64,000 nucleotides of DNA, from positions 16,081-80,080 of the forward strand of contig CALVBP010000003.1 in assembly GCA_944325825.1 (NCBI GenBank), written 5' to 3'. Below are positions 1-9,203 of the stretch, in pieces. Both the position numbers and the translations under genes were made by a program. The notes under the pieces were generated by a model. The model was not told the DNA's origin, searched no databases, and worked only from the letters and a program-made list of their open reading frames with translations. Source of the DNA: Candidatus Gastranaerophilales bacterium. GTDB taxonomy: Bacteria > Cyanobacteriota > Vampirovibrionia > Gastranaerophilales > Gastranaerophilaceae. The first letter of the stretch is position 1, and every line of letters starts with the position of its first letter.

Positions 1-1
1 T

Positions 2-571
2 CTATTTGATGCAGCCTATGAATGTTTTATATCTGATACAAACCTGCCAAGAAGTATTTATGAAATTGAAGGAGCAAAAGATTGCGCAATAGAGTTTTGT
101 TCTTTATCTAAAACTGCCGGTTTTACGGGAACAAGATGCGGGTACACTATTGTGCCGAAAGCTCTCGGTGCCCTTAATAAAATGTGGCTCAGACGTCAAA
201 CTACAAAGTTTAACGGAGTACCATATATAGTACAAAGAGCAGCTGAAGCTGTATTTACGGAGGAAGGTCAAAGGGAAATAAAAGAAAATATTAATTATTA
301 CAAAGAAAATGCCAAATTGATTTCAGACACACTTACAAAATGTAACATCTGGCATGTAGGGGGAAAACATTCGCCTTATATTTGGCTCAAATGCCCTAAT
401 AACATGAATTCGTGGGACTTTTTTGATTATTTATTAAAAGAAGCTCAAATAGTCGGAACACCCGGAGCCGGTTTTGGCAAAAACGGAGAAGATTACTTCA
501 GACTAACATCCTTCGGTTCTAAAGAAAACACTAAAGAAGCGATGGAGAGATTTGCAAAAATCTTCGGTTAA
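2..571 (+). CDS. dapL: LL-diaminopimelate aminotransferase (5'-truncated by window edge)
   Basis: Frame open from base 2: [10 protein letters not shown]...[17 protein letters not shown] (PLP-lysine motif), [22 protein letters not shown]...YFRLTSFG. Confidence 0.93.
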   Translation, partial: LFDAAYECFISDTNLPRSIYEIEGAKDCAIEFCSLSKTAGFTGTRCGYTIVPKALGALNKMWLRRQTTKFNGVPYIVQRAAEAVFTEEGQREIKENINYYKENAKLISDTLTKCNIWHVGGKHSPYIWLKCPNNMNSWDFFDYLLKEAQIVGTPGAGFGKNGEDYFRLTSFGSKENTKEAMERFAKIFG

Positions 572-586
572 TTATTAACTAAAGAA

Positions 587-620
587 GGGGGCGGGATTGA
601 TTTTCAATCCCGCCCCTTTT
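587..620. terminator. Bidirectional intrinsic terminator between convergent dapL and mlaD
   Basis: GGGGCGGGATTGA-ttt-TCAATCCCGCCCC perfect stem with A/T tails. Confidence 0.85.
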
Positions 621-635
621 TTATTCTTTATCGCT

Positions 636-1988
636 TTAGAACATCAATCTGAATAACAAAAATCTCTTATTAAGTTTTTCAGAAAATTTCTTAAGATTTG
701 CAATAGTATCTGTCGTGTCTTCAACTATTTGTTTAAGATTTTCTTCATTTTCGTCACCGTTAATAGTTTCAAGCGCTTTATTAACCTGACACATCGTCGC
801 ATTAAAGTTGTCAACGGAATCAACGAACTTCTTCTTAAGTTTTTCATCTTTACTCATTCTGTTCACGGTTGATGAAAGCTCATTCAGGTTTTTCATAATA
901 CTGTTCAAATCTTCCGCAAATTCTTCGGCGTTAATAGACCCGATAATAGGTGCAAGCTGTTTAGACATATTTGAAATAGCCTCGGCTGTTTCGTACATTG
1001 TCGGCTTAAATTTTTCATCCGTTATAATACCGTTAATATTAACAGCAAGCTTATTAAAATTACTTGAAACATCAGTCATCATCCAGACAAGGGCATCTAA
1101 ATCATTCTTAGATGAATCTATAAGTTTTTCTGCTTTTTCAAGCGTTGTTGTAGCCTGAGCAGTTAGGTTTTTAAAGTTTGTAACAGACTGCGTAATTTCC
1201 GCTATCATCTGGTCATTCAAAAGTTCATTAACAATCTTATTTGTCTCTGTTAAAGATTCTGCAGCTTCGTATTGAAGTTCCATAAAATCTGCAATTCGCA
1301 TCGGCTCTATGATTGTATAAGGAGATGTTTGATTAGGATAAGGCAGCGGAGTCTTGTCAAGCGGAGCAATTCTCAGTTTTTTAACACCATTACTGTTTAC
1401 AACATCTCCTGTCATAAACTTCGGCAAAATTAGTCCCGGAAGGTTTACAACATAGTCAACTTTATATGCATAATTTGTTTTAATCAAATCTTTTACTGAA
1501 TCCGGCACAAGTTTAGAAGACATTATTTGGGATTTTTTAACTTTTCCGACATCGTAGTATTTTTCATCCAGCATAATTTCTACATCAGTATCATTCGACA
1601 AAATGTCTCTACCCGTAACAGGTATATATACTGAACGAACTCTGGGAGGGGTAATTTCCAAAAATTGTTCCCCGATTAAACCTGATTGCTGAATAGAAAG
1701 CATAGAAGCCTTAGGAATCGTTATTCCGGGCTCTGTTATAACAAATTTTAATTTTACATAACTGGATTCATTTTCTACTACAGGAATAATTTCTTCTACC
1801 TGTCCGACTCTCAACCCCATCATCTGCACACCGGAGCCGGGTCTCATCCCGTTTACATCTTTAAAATGAACTTCAATTCTTTCAGCTGAAGAAAAAGAAC
1901 GTCCCTTTACCCACAATACTGTAAATAAAAAAATCGTTAATGCTACAAGTGTAAGTACTCCGACTTTAAAAGATGGTGAAAGTTTCAT
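636..1988 (-). CDS. mlaD: MlaD/MCE family lipid transport substrate-binding protein
   Basis: N-terminal TM, F.DVNGMRPGSGVQMMGLRVGQV MCE motif, QQSGLIGEQFLEITP, long helical C-terminus; operon with mlaE/mlaF. Confidence 0.88.
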   Translation of the reverse strand: MKLSPSFKVGVLTLVALTIFLFTVLWVKGRSFSSAERIEVHFKDVNGMRPGSGVQMMGLRVGQVEEIIPVVENESSYVKLKFVITEPGITIPKASMLSIQQSGLIGEQFLEITPPRVRSVYIPVTGRDILSNDTDVEIMLDEKYYDVGKVKKSQIMSSKLVPDSVKDLIKTNYAYKVDYVVNLPGLILPKFMTGDVVNSNGVKKLRIAPLDKTPLPYPNQTSPYTIIEPMRIADFMELQYEAAESLTETNKIVNELLNDQMIAEITQSVTNFKNLTAQATTTLEKAEKLIDSSKNDLDALVWMMTDVSSNFNKLAVNINGIITDEKFKPTMYETAEAISNMSKQLAPIIGSINAEEFAEDLNSIMKNLNELSSTVNRMSKDEKLKKKFVDSVDNFNATMCQVNKALETINGDENEENLKQIVEDTTDTIANLKKFSEKLNKRFLLFRLMF

Positions 1989-2002
1989 ATACTATAACCT
2001 CA

Positions 2003-2719
2003 TTAATTCATTTTCATTGGACCATCCAATGATGCATTGACAAACTGTTTTGTATACTCAGTATTCTCTTCGCACAGTTCATCGGGTGTTCCTTCAAACA
2101 CTGCTCTTCCATTATACAACATTAATACCGAATCAGAAGTCCTTCTTATAGTGGACATTTGGTGAGTAACAACTATTGATGCCGCATTCGTTTCATTTTT
2201 TAGCCGAACAATATAATCTTCAATAAGAGTTGATGAAATCGGATCCAAGCCTGCAGTCGGTTCGTCATAGAGTATAATCTTGGGCTCTGTTACAATTGCA
2301 CGTGCAAAACTGACACGCTTCTGCATCCCGCCTGACAGCTCTGAAGGGAACTTATCTTCAATTCCTGACAAACCCACCAGCTCCAATTTTTCCGCAACAA
2401 TCCTTTCCAAATCTTTTCTTGTATATTTTTTTCTCAACTCTTTTCTTTCCTGCAGAGCAAAAGAAATATTATCAAACACGTTTAATGAGTCAAAAAGTGC
2501 AGAGTATTGAAATACCATTGCAATATCCCCGCCCGTTGTAATAATTTCACCGGAATCTTTTTCCAGCAGTCCGCTTATAAGCTTTAATACCGTACTCTTC
2601 CCGGAACCGCTAAAACCTATTATAGATAAAATTTTTCCGTCATCCACTTTAAAAGAAAGATTATCAATTATCGTTTTCTTATCAAATGTTTTTACAAGAT
2701 TTTTTACTTCTATACTCAT
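2003..2719 (-). CDS. mlaF: MlaF/Mkl family ABC transporter ATP-binding protein
   Basis: Walker A GFSGSGKST, LSGGMQKRVSFARA signature, YDEPTAGLDP. Confidence 0.92.
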   Translation of the reverse strand: MSIEVKNLVKTFDKKTIIDNLSFKVDDGKILSIIGFSGSGKSTVLKLISGLLEKDSGEIITTGGDIAMVFQYSALFDSLNVFDNISFALQERKELRKKYTRKDLERIVAEKLELVGLSGIEDKFPSELSGGMQKRVSFARAIVTEPKIILYDEPTAGLDPISSTLIEDYIVRLKNETNAASIVVTHQMSTIRRTSDSVLMLYNGRAVFEGTPDELCEENTEYTKQFVNASLDGPMKMN

Positions 2720-2731
2720 TTATTCCGTCCC

Positions 2732-3487
2732 TTAATAAAAGTAAACCGCTGCAAAAATTAAATCAAGTATTACAATCGCAACAAAAGACCAGACAACAGC
2801 CTTGGTTGTTGCTATACCGACTCCTTTTGCACCGTCTTTTGCACTCATTCCGCAAGAACAGCTTATAAGCGTTATTGCAAATCCAAAGCTTAAGGATTTT
2901 AAAATTGACACATTTAAGTCACGCATGTTTAAGCCGAACCATACTGAATCAAAATATGCTTTATACGTCAAACCAGATGTTACATTTGAAGCAACGGCAG
3001 CCCCTAAAACACCAAAAAGAGCTGATACAATCACAACAAGCGGCATCATAAAAGTGCCTGCAATAATTCTCGGAGTAAAAAGGTACTGCACAGGATTAAC
3101 TCTCAAAACTTTTATCGCATCAATTTGCTCTGTTACCTTCATCGTTGCAATCTCGGATGCCAGAGATGAACCTATCATAGAAATAATGGCAAAACCTGCC
3201 ATTATAGCAGCTTCCTCCCTAACCATCAGAATTACCATAAGCATACCGACAAAATTCCCGCCGCCTTGCTTTACCATTTCTCCTGCCACCTGCATTGCTA
3301 TAATTATGGAAGTCATTCCAACTATAGATAATGTTATCGGTAACGACGAAACTCCAAATCGTGAACATTGATAAATAATTTCCTTAAACGGTGTATTAAA
3401 GTTTTTCAAGCCTTTTAAAACTTCAATCCCATACGTTATGATTTCGCCCAAAGTCGATACAAAATCCTTTATCTCCGCTTCAAGCAT
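2732..3487 (-). CDS. mlaE: MlaE family ABC transporter permease
   Basis: GSSLASEIATMKVTEQIDAIKVLRVNP and AKGVGIATTKAVV motifs; likely start MLEAEIK at 3487 (ORF extends to 3532). Confidence 0.9.
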   Translation of the reverse strand: MLEAEIKDFVSTLGEIITYGIEVLKGLKNFNTPFKEIIYQCSRFGVSSLPITLSIVGMTSIIIAMQVAGEMVKQGGGNFVGMLMVILMVREEAAIMAGFAIISMIGSSLASEIATMKVTEQIDAIKVLRVNPVQYLFTPRIIAGTFMMPLVVIVSALFGVLGAAVASNVTSGLTYKAYFDSVWFGLNMRDLNVSILKSLSFGFAITLISCSCGMSAKDGAKGVGIATTKAVVWSFVAIVILDLIFAAVYFY

Positions 3488-3647
3488 TTTATATAATTTA
3501 TAAGTATAAGTAGCTTTATAATATATTCTCATCTCAACTCTTTTTAAAGATTATAGCAAATAATCAAATTATTTAAAAGAAGATGATAAAATAGTTTGTT
3601 TATGATAAACTATAAGCTGTCAGGAGTCTGAGAGGGAAAAGAGATTT

Positions 3648-5027
3648 ATGTATGGATTAATATTAGCAGGCGGATCGGGGAGCAGACTTTGGCCTTTGTC
3701 CAGAGAACTGTATCCAAAGCATCTTTTAAATATTATTCAGGATTCTGAAAGTTTACTGCAATCGACTTTTATAAGATTAAAAGAATGCATGCCGGAAACT
3801 AATATTATAAGCATGACCGGCGTTAAACATTTTTCCAATGTTAAATACCAGTTATCCTCAGTTGCCGAAAACCCGGTTGTTCTATCCGAACCCATAGCCA
3901 AAAATACCGCTCCGGCCATAATTCTTGCGACAAAATATATTACCGAAGTCTCCAAAGAAGACCCCGTAATACTTGTTGTACCCTCAGACCACTTAATTAA
4001 GGATATTACAGGTTTTGCGCAATCTGTTAAAGAAGGTGAAAAACTTGCAGAGCAAGGGTTTATAGTCACATTCGGAATCAAGCCTTCATATCCCGAAACC
4101 GGTTACGGATATATAAATTCTACGGATGGTGTAAAAGTTAACAGGTTTGTTGAAAAACCGGACGAAGAACTTGCTAAAAAGTATTTAGCGGACGGTCATT
4201 ACTATTGGAACGGCGGAATCTTTATGTTTAAGGCTTCTACACTATTAAAAGAAGCTTCCAAGTGCGCTCCTGATATTTATGAGCTTTTAAAGAATTTTGA
4301 TTTTACAAAATCTTCAGAAATTCCGTTTACGGAATTTGATAAAATGCCAAATATATCAATTGATTATGCTGTAATGGAAAAATCAGACAAAATCGCACTT
4401 GTACAACTTAAAAGCGACTGGAATGATCTTGGCAGCTGGAAATCTATTTATGATGTGAACAAAAAAGATGAAAACGGCAATGTTCTGGTGGGACATGTTC
4501 TGGATGAAGGCTCAAAGAATTCTCTTGTCTATTCTTCATCCAAACTGGTTGCTACAATCGGACTTGAAGATACTATTCTGGTAGAAACAGAAGATGCTAT
4601 TCTTGCCTGCAAGATGGAAAAATCTCAAGACGTAAAAAAGGTCTATGAGTCTTTGAAAAAACAAAATGACGAAACGCATAAGATACATAAAACTGTTTAC
4701 AGACCCTGGGGATACTATACAGTTCTTGCGCAGGGTAATGGTTTCTTAACAAAAATGATTCAGGTTAACCCCGGTCAAAAACTTTCTGTCCAGTCACATA
4801 ATCACAGAAGTGAACACTGGGTCGTGCTTGAAGGTAAGGCAAAAGTTGTGCTTGAAGGTAAAGAGCTGATTTTAAGCCCTGGACACAGTGTTGATATTCC
4901 GGTCAAGGCTATACACTCATTGCAGAATCCTTTTGATGACATTATTAAAATTATTGAAGTTCAAAAAGGCGACCTTCTGATAGAAGAAGATATTATTCGA
5001 TACGAAGATATGTACGGCAGGGTATAG
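3648..5027 (+). CDS. manC: Mannose-1-phosphate guanylyltransferase / mannose-6-phosphate isomerase
   Basis: ILAGGSGSRLWPLSRELYPK, FVEKPD, WNDLGSW, C-terminal cupin YRPWG...LSVQSHNHRSEHWVV. Confidence 0.95.
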   Translation: MYGLILAGGSGSRLWPLSRELYPKHLLNIIQDSESLLQSTFIRLKECMPETNIISMTGVKHFSNVKYQLSSVAENPVVLSEPIAKNTAPAIILATKYITEVSKEDPVILVVPSDHLIKDITGFAQSVKEGEKLAEQGFIVTFGIKPSYPETGYGYINSTDGVKVNRFVEKPDEELAKKYLADGHYYWNGGIFMFKASTLLKEASKCAPDIYELLKNFDFTKSSEIPFTEFDKMPNISIDYAVMEKSDKIALVQLKSDWNDLGSWKSIYDVNKKDENGNVLVGHVLDEGSKNSLVYSSSKLVATIGLEDTILVETEDAILACKMEKSQDVKKVYESLKKQNDETHKIHKTVYRPWGYYTVLAQGNGFLTKMIQVNPGQKLSVQSHNHRSEHWVVLEGKAKVVLEGKELILSPGHSVDIPVKAIHSLQNPFDDIIKIIEVQKGDLLIEEDIIRYEDMYGRV

Positions 5028-5068
5028 AGTACTCGTGAATAGTGAATCAATAATAGTCACTAAGAGGT

Positions 5069-5117
5069 TCCCTCTCCTTAGGAAGAGACCCCGAAGGGGC
5101 GAGGTTGAGGTGAGGGG
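5069..5117. repeat. BoxC-like palindromic element
   Basis: TCCCTCTCCTTAGGAAGAG-ACCCCGAAGGGGCG-AGGTTGAGGTGAGGGG: pyrimidine-rich then purine-rich halves with two internal hairpins, resembling the CCCTCTCC...GGGTGAGGGG repeat class. Confidence 0.55.
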
Positions 5118-5152
5118 TTAACCTTAATCACTCAATCACTTAGGCACCTACC

Positions 5153-5203
5153 ACTATTCACTATTCACTATTCACTATTCACTATTCACTATTCACTATT
5201 CAC
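5153..5203. repeat. Heptamer tandem repeat (ACTATTC)x7
   Basis: Seven perfect copies directly after the flagellin stop; an inverted partial copy GTGAATAGTGAAT at 5035-5047. Confidence 0.95.
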
Positions 5204-5208
5204 GATAA

Positions 5209-8200
5209 TCATAGCAATCGCAAAGCTATCGCCGGTGTTTGATTAGCTGTCGATAGTAATGTTGCACTCGCCTGCTGTAATATCTGCTGGCGGATGTATT
5301 CGCTTGAGACTTCCGCTATATCCGCATCCCTTAGCGTTGAACGGGAAGAGACGAGGTTATCATAATGTATCGATATCTCTTCCAATACACTCATTAAACG
5401 GTTCTCTGCCGCACCAAATTCCGTCTGCTTTGCATTAACCGTTGATAATAGATTATCTATCTGTGATAAATAATCCTTATCATCTATGCCTATATTTCGC
5501 AGCTCGTCCAAGCCGGTAAGCTCAAATGAGGTACTTATTCCTATCTGGGATGACCAGTCTGAATCTATTCCTACCTGAAATATTATTGAATCAGGGGCAG
5601 GTGTTATAGGGCTGATTCCACCCGTATTACCACCGCCATTACCATTATTTCCGCCCTGATTCCCGGAACCGCCGCTTCCGGTATTATTACCTCCATCAGG
5701 ATCTGTAGGTGGTTTTGTTCCCCCGCCTGTATTTCCTCCGTCAGGATTAGGTGGGGTAGTTCCGCTACCTGAATTACCTCCGTCAGGATCAGGTGGAGTA
5801 GTTCCGCTACCTGAATTACCTCCATCTGGGTCTGTCGGTGGATTTGTTCCGCCTCCCTGATTTCCACCATCTGGATCGACAGGATCTGTCCCGCCATCTC
5901 CATCTCCGCCGGATGGGGTTGTTACCGTCAGTTTATCAGAATCCGTATTTACAGGAATTTCTTCTTTTTCTATTTCCACAGGTTTAAGATTCAATGAATC
6001 AAAAAGGTTGCTCCCGCCTGCTGCCTGCTCTATATACGCCCCATTAGTTGATTCCAGACTCACTAATCCGGAATTTAGACTGCCGACTATACCGAACTGG
6101 GATAATTTGGAAAACAATGTTCCTATCGTATCTGTCGGACTGACTTTTATTGTCGTTTTTGTTCCGTCTGACTGTACCACGCTTATTTCTCCGTTTCCGT
6201 TATTGTAATCCGGAAGATCCTGAAGCTCGCTTGTTTCGGTAAGAGATTTTGACGTTACTACATTCTGAACTGCGGATGTTGTATTTTCGTAAATGGTTTT
6301 ATAATTCATTCTAAAAGAGAAAAAGTCAGCAATATTGGAAGAATTCCCGTCAAGACTTTTCATAGTCATATCTGCTGACGATACAGTGAGAGTAGAACAA
6401 TAGACATTGCCGTATGCATCTATATCTGACAAATAAGACCTAAAGCCTTCTTCTTTCAGTTGCTGAGCTAATTCTTCACATGTACTAGTAGAATCTATTG
6501 TTATAGTTTTAATTATTTCGTCACCTTTATATACTCCGACATTACCACTTGTAATACCTAACTCTGAGATTGGAGATTCCGCTAAAATATTATTATTCCA
6601 ATCTCTAAATAATGATTCGCGTTCTTCTAAATCATCCGACCTTACTTTGCTTATTAATGAGTTATATCTTACATAGCCTGCTATATCACCACCGTATCTC
6701 GTGTTACGTGTTCCAGAAAAATATGCATTCCTGACAGTTGAAGCTTCCACATACTCAAAAAAACCATAAGCACTATATCCCACATTACCACTAGCATCGG
6801 TAAAATCCATATCGCTAGTTACATTTTCGACATAACTATTTTGAAGAAACCGAGCAAATCCCTCGCCATAAAGCATTGAACCTGTTGTAAAACAATCTCT
6901 AACCGTACTATTCTTTATAAAAGATGCAAAGCCCGTACCGTTCCGCATAAATGTTCCGGAGACATATGAATTGGAAATTGTACTATTTTCAATCGTATCT
7001 GCTAAACCAGAATTATTATTATTAAATGTTCCTGAAATGAAACAGTTTTCTATTGAAACATTGGTCATTGTACCTGCAAAAACACCCCAATCAGTACCTT
7101 CTATCAACTCAATATTTTCAAAACCCAAATTTTTAATAGTCATATTAGCAAGTTTAGTTGAAAAAAAAGGAACATCCAAAGATAGATTTGAAATCACATA
7201 CCCATTACCATCAAACACCAAACTGTCATGCCTATTTAAATTAGAAAATAACGATATGCTTTGCCCATTGCAGTCAATATTATTGGCTAAAATTAAGGTA
7301 TATGAGCCATCCTCAAAATCGTGCCTATTATCATAAATAGTCTGCAAATCTTCTGTTGTAGATATTTTATAAGTACCAGAATCCAAATTGCCTAAACCAC
7401 TAAGATTATTAAAAGCCTCGCTTATAGAAATCAAATCATCCGTATTAATGTGATTTACTTTAAGTTTAAATTCTCCAACTGGTACCATAGTGGTACCGGT
7501 AGCTGTTAAATCATTCTCAGGCACATTAGAATGATAACATGACATGGATGCTGTTATTGATGTTAGCTGAGTTTCTTGCGTTACTTGAATATCTAAGATA
7601 TTTGCCAATGCACCGCCTAACACATACTTATTATTAGTACTCAAACTCACAACCCCGTTTTTTATCGTCGCTGTGATATTATTTGCTGCAAGTTTGCTTA
7701 TCATATCGCCGATTGTATCCGTAGTCTTGACAGTTATCGTATTACACGCACTATTCGTCTCATCATATATTATCCCCGTCAAATTTCCGGTTGCGCCCAG
7801 CTCCCCAAACGTTGTACTCGTACTCGCAGTTACAGTCTCCGTATAAGTCACACTCAACGTCGATGATGTACTTGCTCCAGTTGTCTGAGTACTGTTCGTT
7901 ACCTCTATTCCCAACGAGTCTGCCAAAGCTCCGGATATATAGCTCCCGTCATCCGATTTTACGCTTATTACACCGTTCTCTATCTTTGCCTCAAACCCCG
8001 AATTATTCAACAACTCGATAAACTTTCCTATTGTATCCAAGCCCTCTAATGTATACTCATTCTGTAAGTCTCCGGCTGAATTATACACACCAAAGCTGCC
8101 GCCATTTATTCCTAATTCATCAAACGACGTACTCTCATCCGCTTCCGCTTCTATCTCCTCGGTCTCTGACAATACTTTCGGTGTTGATGACAATGATTTT

Positions 8201-8694
8201 GTTTGAATCTCAGGTGTAACTATTCGTACACTGTTGGACAAACGGTTTACGCTATTTGTCACTACATTATTCGTCTGTTTATTAAACAAGCTTATTCCGT
8301 TAAACGACGTTGTTCCGTACAAACGTTCTATCTCATCTATTATCGCATTTGCTTCCTGATTTATTGCATTTAATGACTGTTCTCCGTATGTCCCGTTTCC
8401 TGCCTGAGTTGCAAGACTGCGAAGACGGCTTAAGTGATCATTTATCTGATCCAATGATGACGATGCCGTACTTACCAAATCTAATGCCGTTGCTGCGTTA
8501 TCTACCGCTACCTCATATGAACTTATTCTTGTGCTCATATTTGTTGATATCGCATAGTTCGCAGCGTTATCCTTTGCTCCATTTATCTGAAAACCCGTAC
8601 TCATTCGCTCTATCGCTTCATTGAGTAATTGCGTAGAGTTTGTCAAACTGCGTTGGGCAATCAGGCTCGATAGATTGGTGTTAATACTTACCAT
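5209..8694 (-). CDS. Giant flagellin-like protein (about 1160 aa) with large mosaic central region
   Basis: Flagellin N-domain INTNLSSLIAQRSL...ERMSTGFQINGAKDNAANYAIS and C-domain FGAAENRL...SRSTLRDADIAEVSSEYIRQQILQQASATLLSTANQ; likely start MVSINT at 8694 with GGGGGT RBS. Confidence 0.88.
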   Translation of the reverse strand: MVSINTNLSSLIAQRSLTNSTQLLNEAIERMSTGFQINGAKDNAANYAISTNMSTRISSYEVAVDNAATALDLVSTASSSLDQINDHLSRLRSLATQAGNGTYGEQSLNAINQEANAIIDEIERLYGTTSFNGISLFNKQTNNVVTNSVNRLSNSVRIVTPEIQTKSLSSTPKVLSETEEIEAEADESTSFDELGINGGSFGVYNSAGDLQNEYTLEGLDTIGKFIELLNNSGFEAKIENGVISVKSDDGSYISGALADSLGIEVTNSTQTTGASTSSTLSVTYTETVTASTSTTFGELGATGNLTGIIYDETNSACNTITVKTTDTIGDMISKLAANNITATIKNGVVSLSTNNKYVLGGALANILDIQVTQETQLTSITASMSCYHSNVPENDLTATGTTMVPVGEFKLKVNHINTDDLISISEAFNNLSGLGNLDSGTYKISTTEDLQTIYDNRHDFEDGSYTLILANNIDCNGQSISLFSNLNRHDSLVFDGNGYVISNLSLDVPFFSTKLANMTIKNLGFENIELIEGTDWGVFAGTMTNVSIENCFISGTFNNNNSGLADTIENSTISNSYVSGTFMRNGTGFASFIKNSTVRDCFTTGSMLYGEGFARFLQNSYVENVTSDMDFTDASGNVGYSAYGFFEYVEASTVRNAYFSGTRNTRYGGDIAGYVRYNSLISKVRSDDLEERESLFRDWNNNILAESPISELGITSGNVGVYKGDEIIKTITIDSTSTCEELAQQLKEEGFRSYLSDIDAYGNVYCSTLTVSSADMTMKSLDGNSSNIADFFSFRMNYKTIYENTTSAVQNVVTSKSLTETSELQDLPDYNNGNGEISVVQSDGTKTTIKVSPTDTIGTLFSKLSQFGIVGSLNSGLVSLESTNGAYIEQAAGGSNLFDSLNLKPVEIEKEEIPVNTDSDKLTVTTPSGGDGDGGTDPVDPDGGNQGGGTNPPTDPDGGNSGSGTTPPDPDGGNSGSGTTPPNPDGGNTGGGTKPPTDPDGGNNTGSGGSGNQGGNNGNGGGNTGGISPITPAPDSIIFQVGIDSDWSSQIGISTSFELTGLDELRNIGIDDKDYLSQIDNLLSTVNAKQTEFGAAENRLMSVLEEISIHYDNLVSSRSTLRDADIAEVSSEYIRQQILQQASATLLSTANQTPAIALRLL
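5590..5910 (-). repeat. Intragenic Pro/Gly/Asp/Asn repeat (PDGGN units), including a 42-bp tandem duplication
   Basis: At least five P.DPDGGN-like units; GTTCCGCTACCTGAATTACCTCC occurs at 5760 and 5801. Confidence 0.85.
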
Positions 8695-8706
8695 AATAAC
8701 ACCCCC

Positions 8707-8904
8707 GGGGTAAATAAATAGGCTGAACAACTCGACACTTCTCTTGAATTGTGATTTGTGAGCAGTGAATCGGGGGTAAATCTTTTCCGGGTTTGGAAGC
8801 TAAACGCCAAGTTGGTAAGATGCTGAAAGGGGTAAATATAGTTTGGAGGACAAGCGTCAAGCTGCTCCGCCTGATGTAAAAAGTTCGGGATGACAGGGGA
8901 TATT
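8707..8904. repeat. Degenerate tandem units of about 60 bp, each starting GGGGTAAAT, upstream of the flagellin
   Basis: GGGGTAAAT at 8707, 8773, 8829 and GGGGATATT at 8896; units 2 and 3 share 18/25 nt downstream. Confidence 0.55.
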
Positions 8905-9105
8905 AGCGAGCCGGAGAGGTAGAACCAGAGTGTGTCGCGATAGCAGCTCATAGCCCCCTCCCGCAGCGCAAATACCGTCAGAGAGCGGGTCATAGACTTT
9001 ATCAAATTGTATCCAAACTGCCTTCTCATCGCCTTTACTCTTCAATTTCCGTATATCTTCTATATTCCACATTTTTAGAGTTTAATAACATATATTTTGC
9101 AAAAT

Positions 9106-9123
9106 TTTACAAATCTTTACATT
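9106..9123 (+). promoter_or_regulatory. HLR1-like direct repeat (OmpR-family/RpaB-type site)
   Basis: TTTACAAA-TC-TTTACATT, perfect match to (G/T)TTACA(T/A)(T/A)-N2-repeat. Confidence 0.5.
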
Positions 9124-9203
9124 ATAAACTTAAAACCGTAACACAGAGCTTATTTAAAAAGCTGAAAATTGTTTTTTTATTTCATTTAGGGTATAAATAT
9201 AGT

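Noticed and set aside
8707-8904. CRISPR array
   Set aside because: Only a 9-bp core is conserved, spacing is irregular (56-67 nt), and there are no cas genes in the window.
8688-9029. 113-aa minus-strand ORF upstream of the flagellin
   Set aside because: Overlaps repeat elements and the flagellin start; composition is not protein-like.
8857-9072. 71-aa minus-strand ORF MWNIEDIRKLKSKGDEKAVWIQF
   Set aside because: No clear RBS; the 3' half runs through repeat-like DNA. It may be a gene remnant but cannot be supported.
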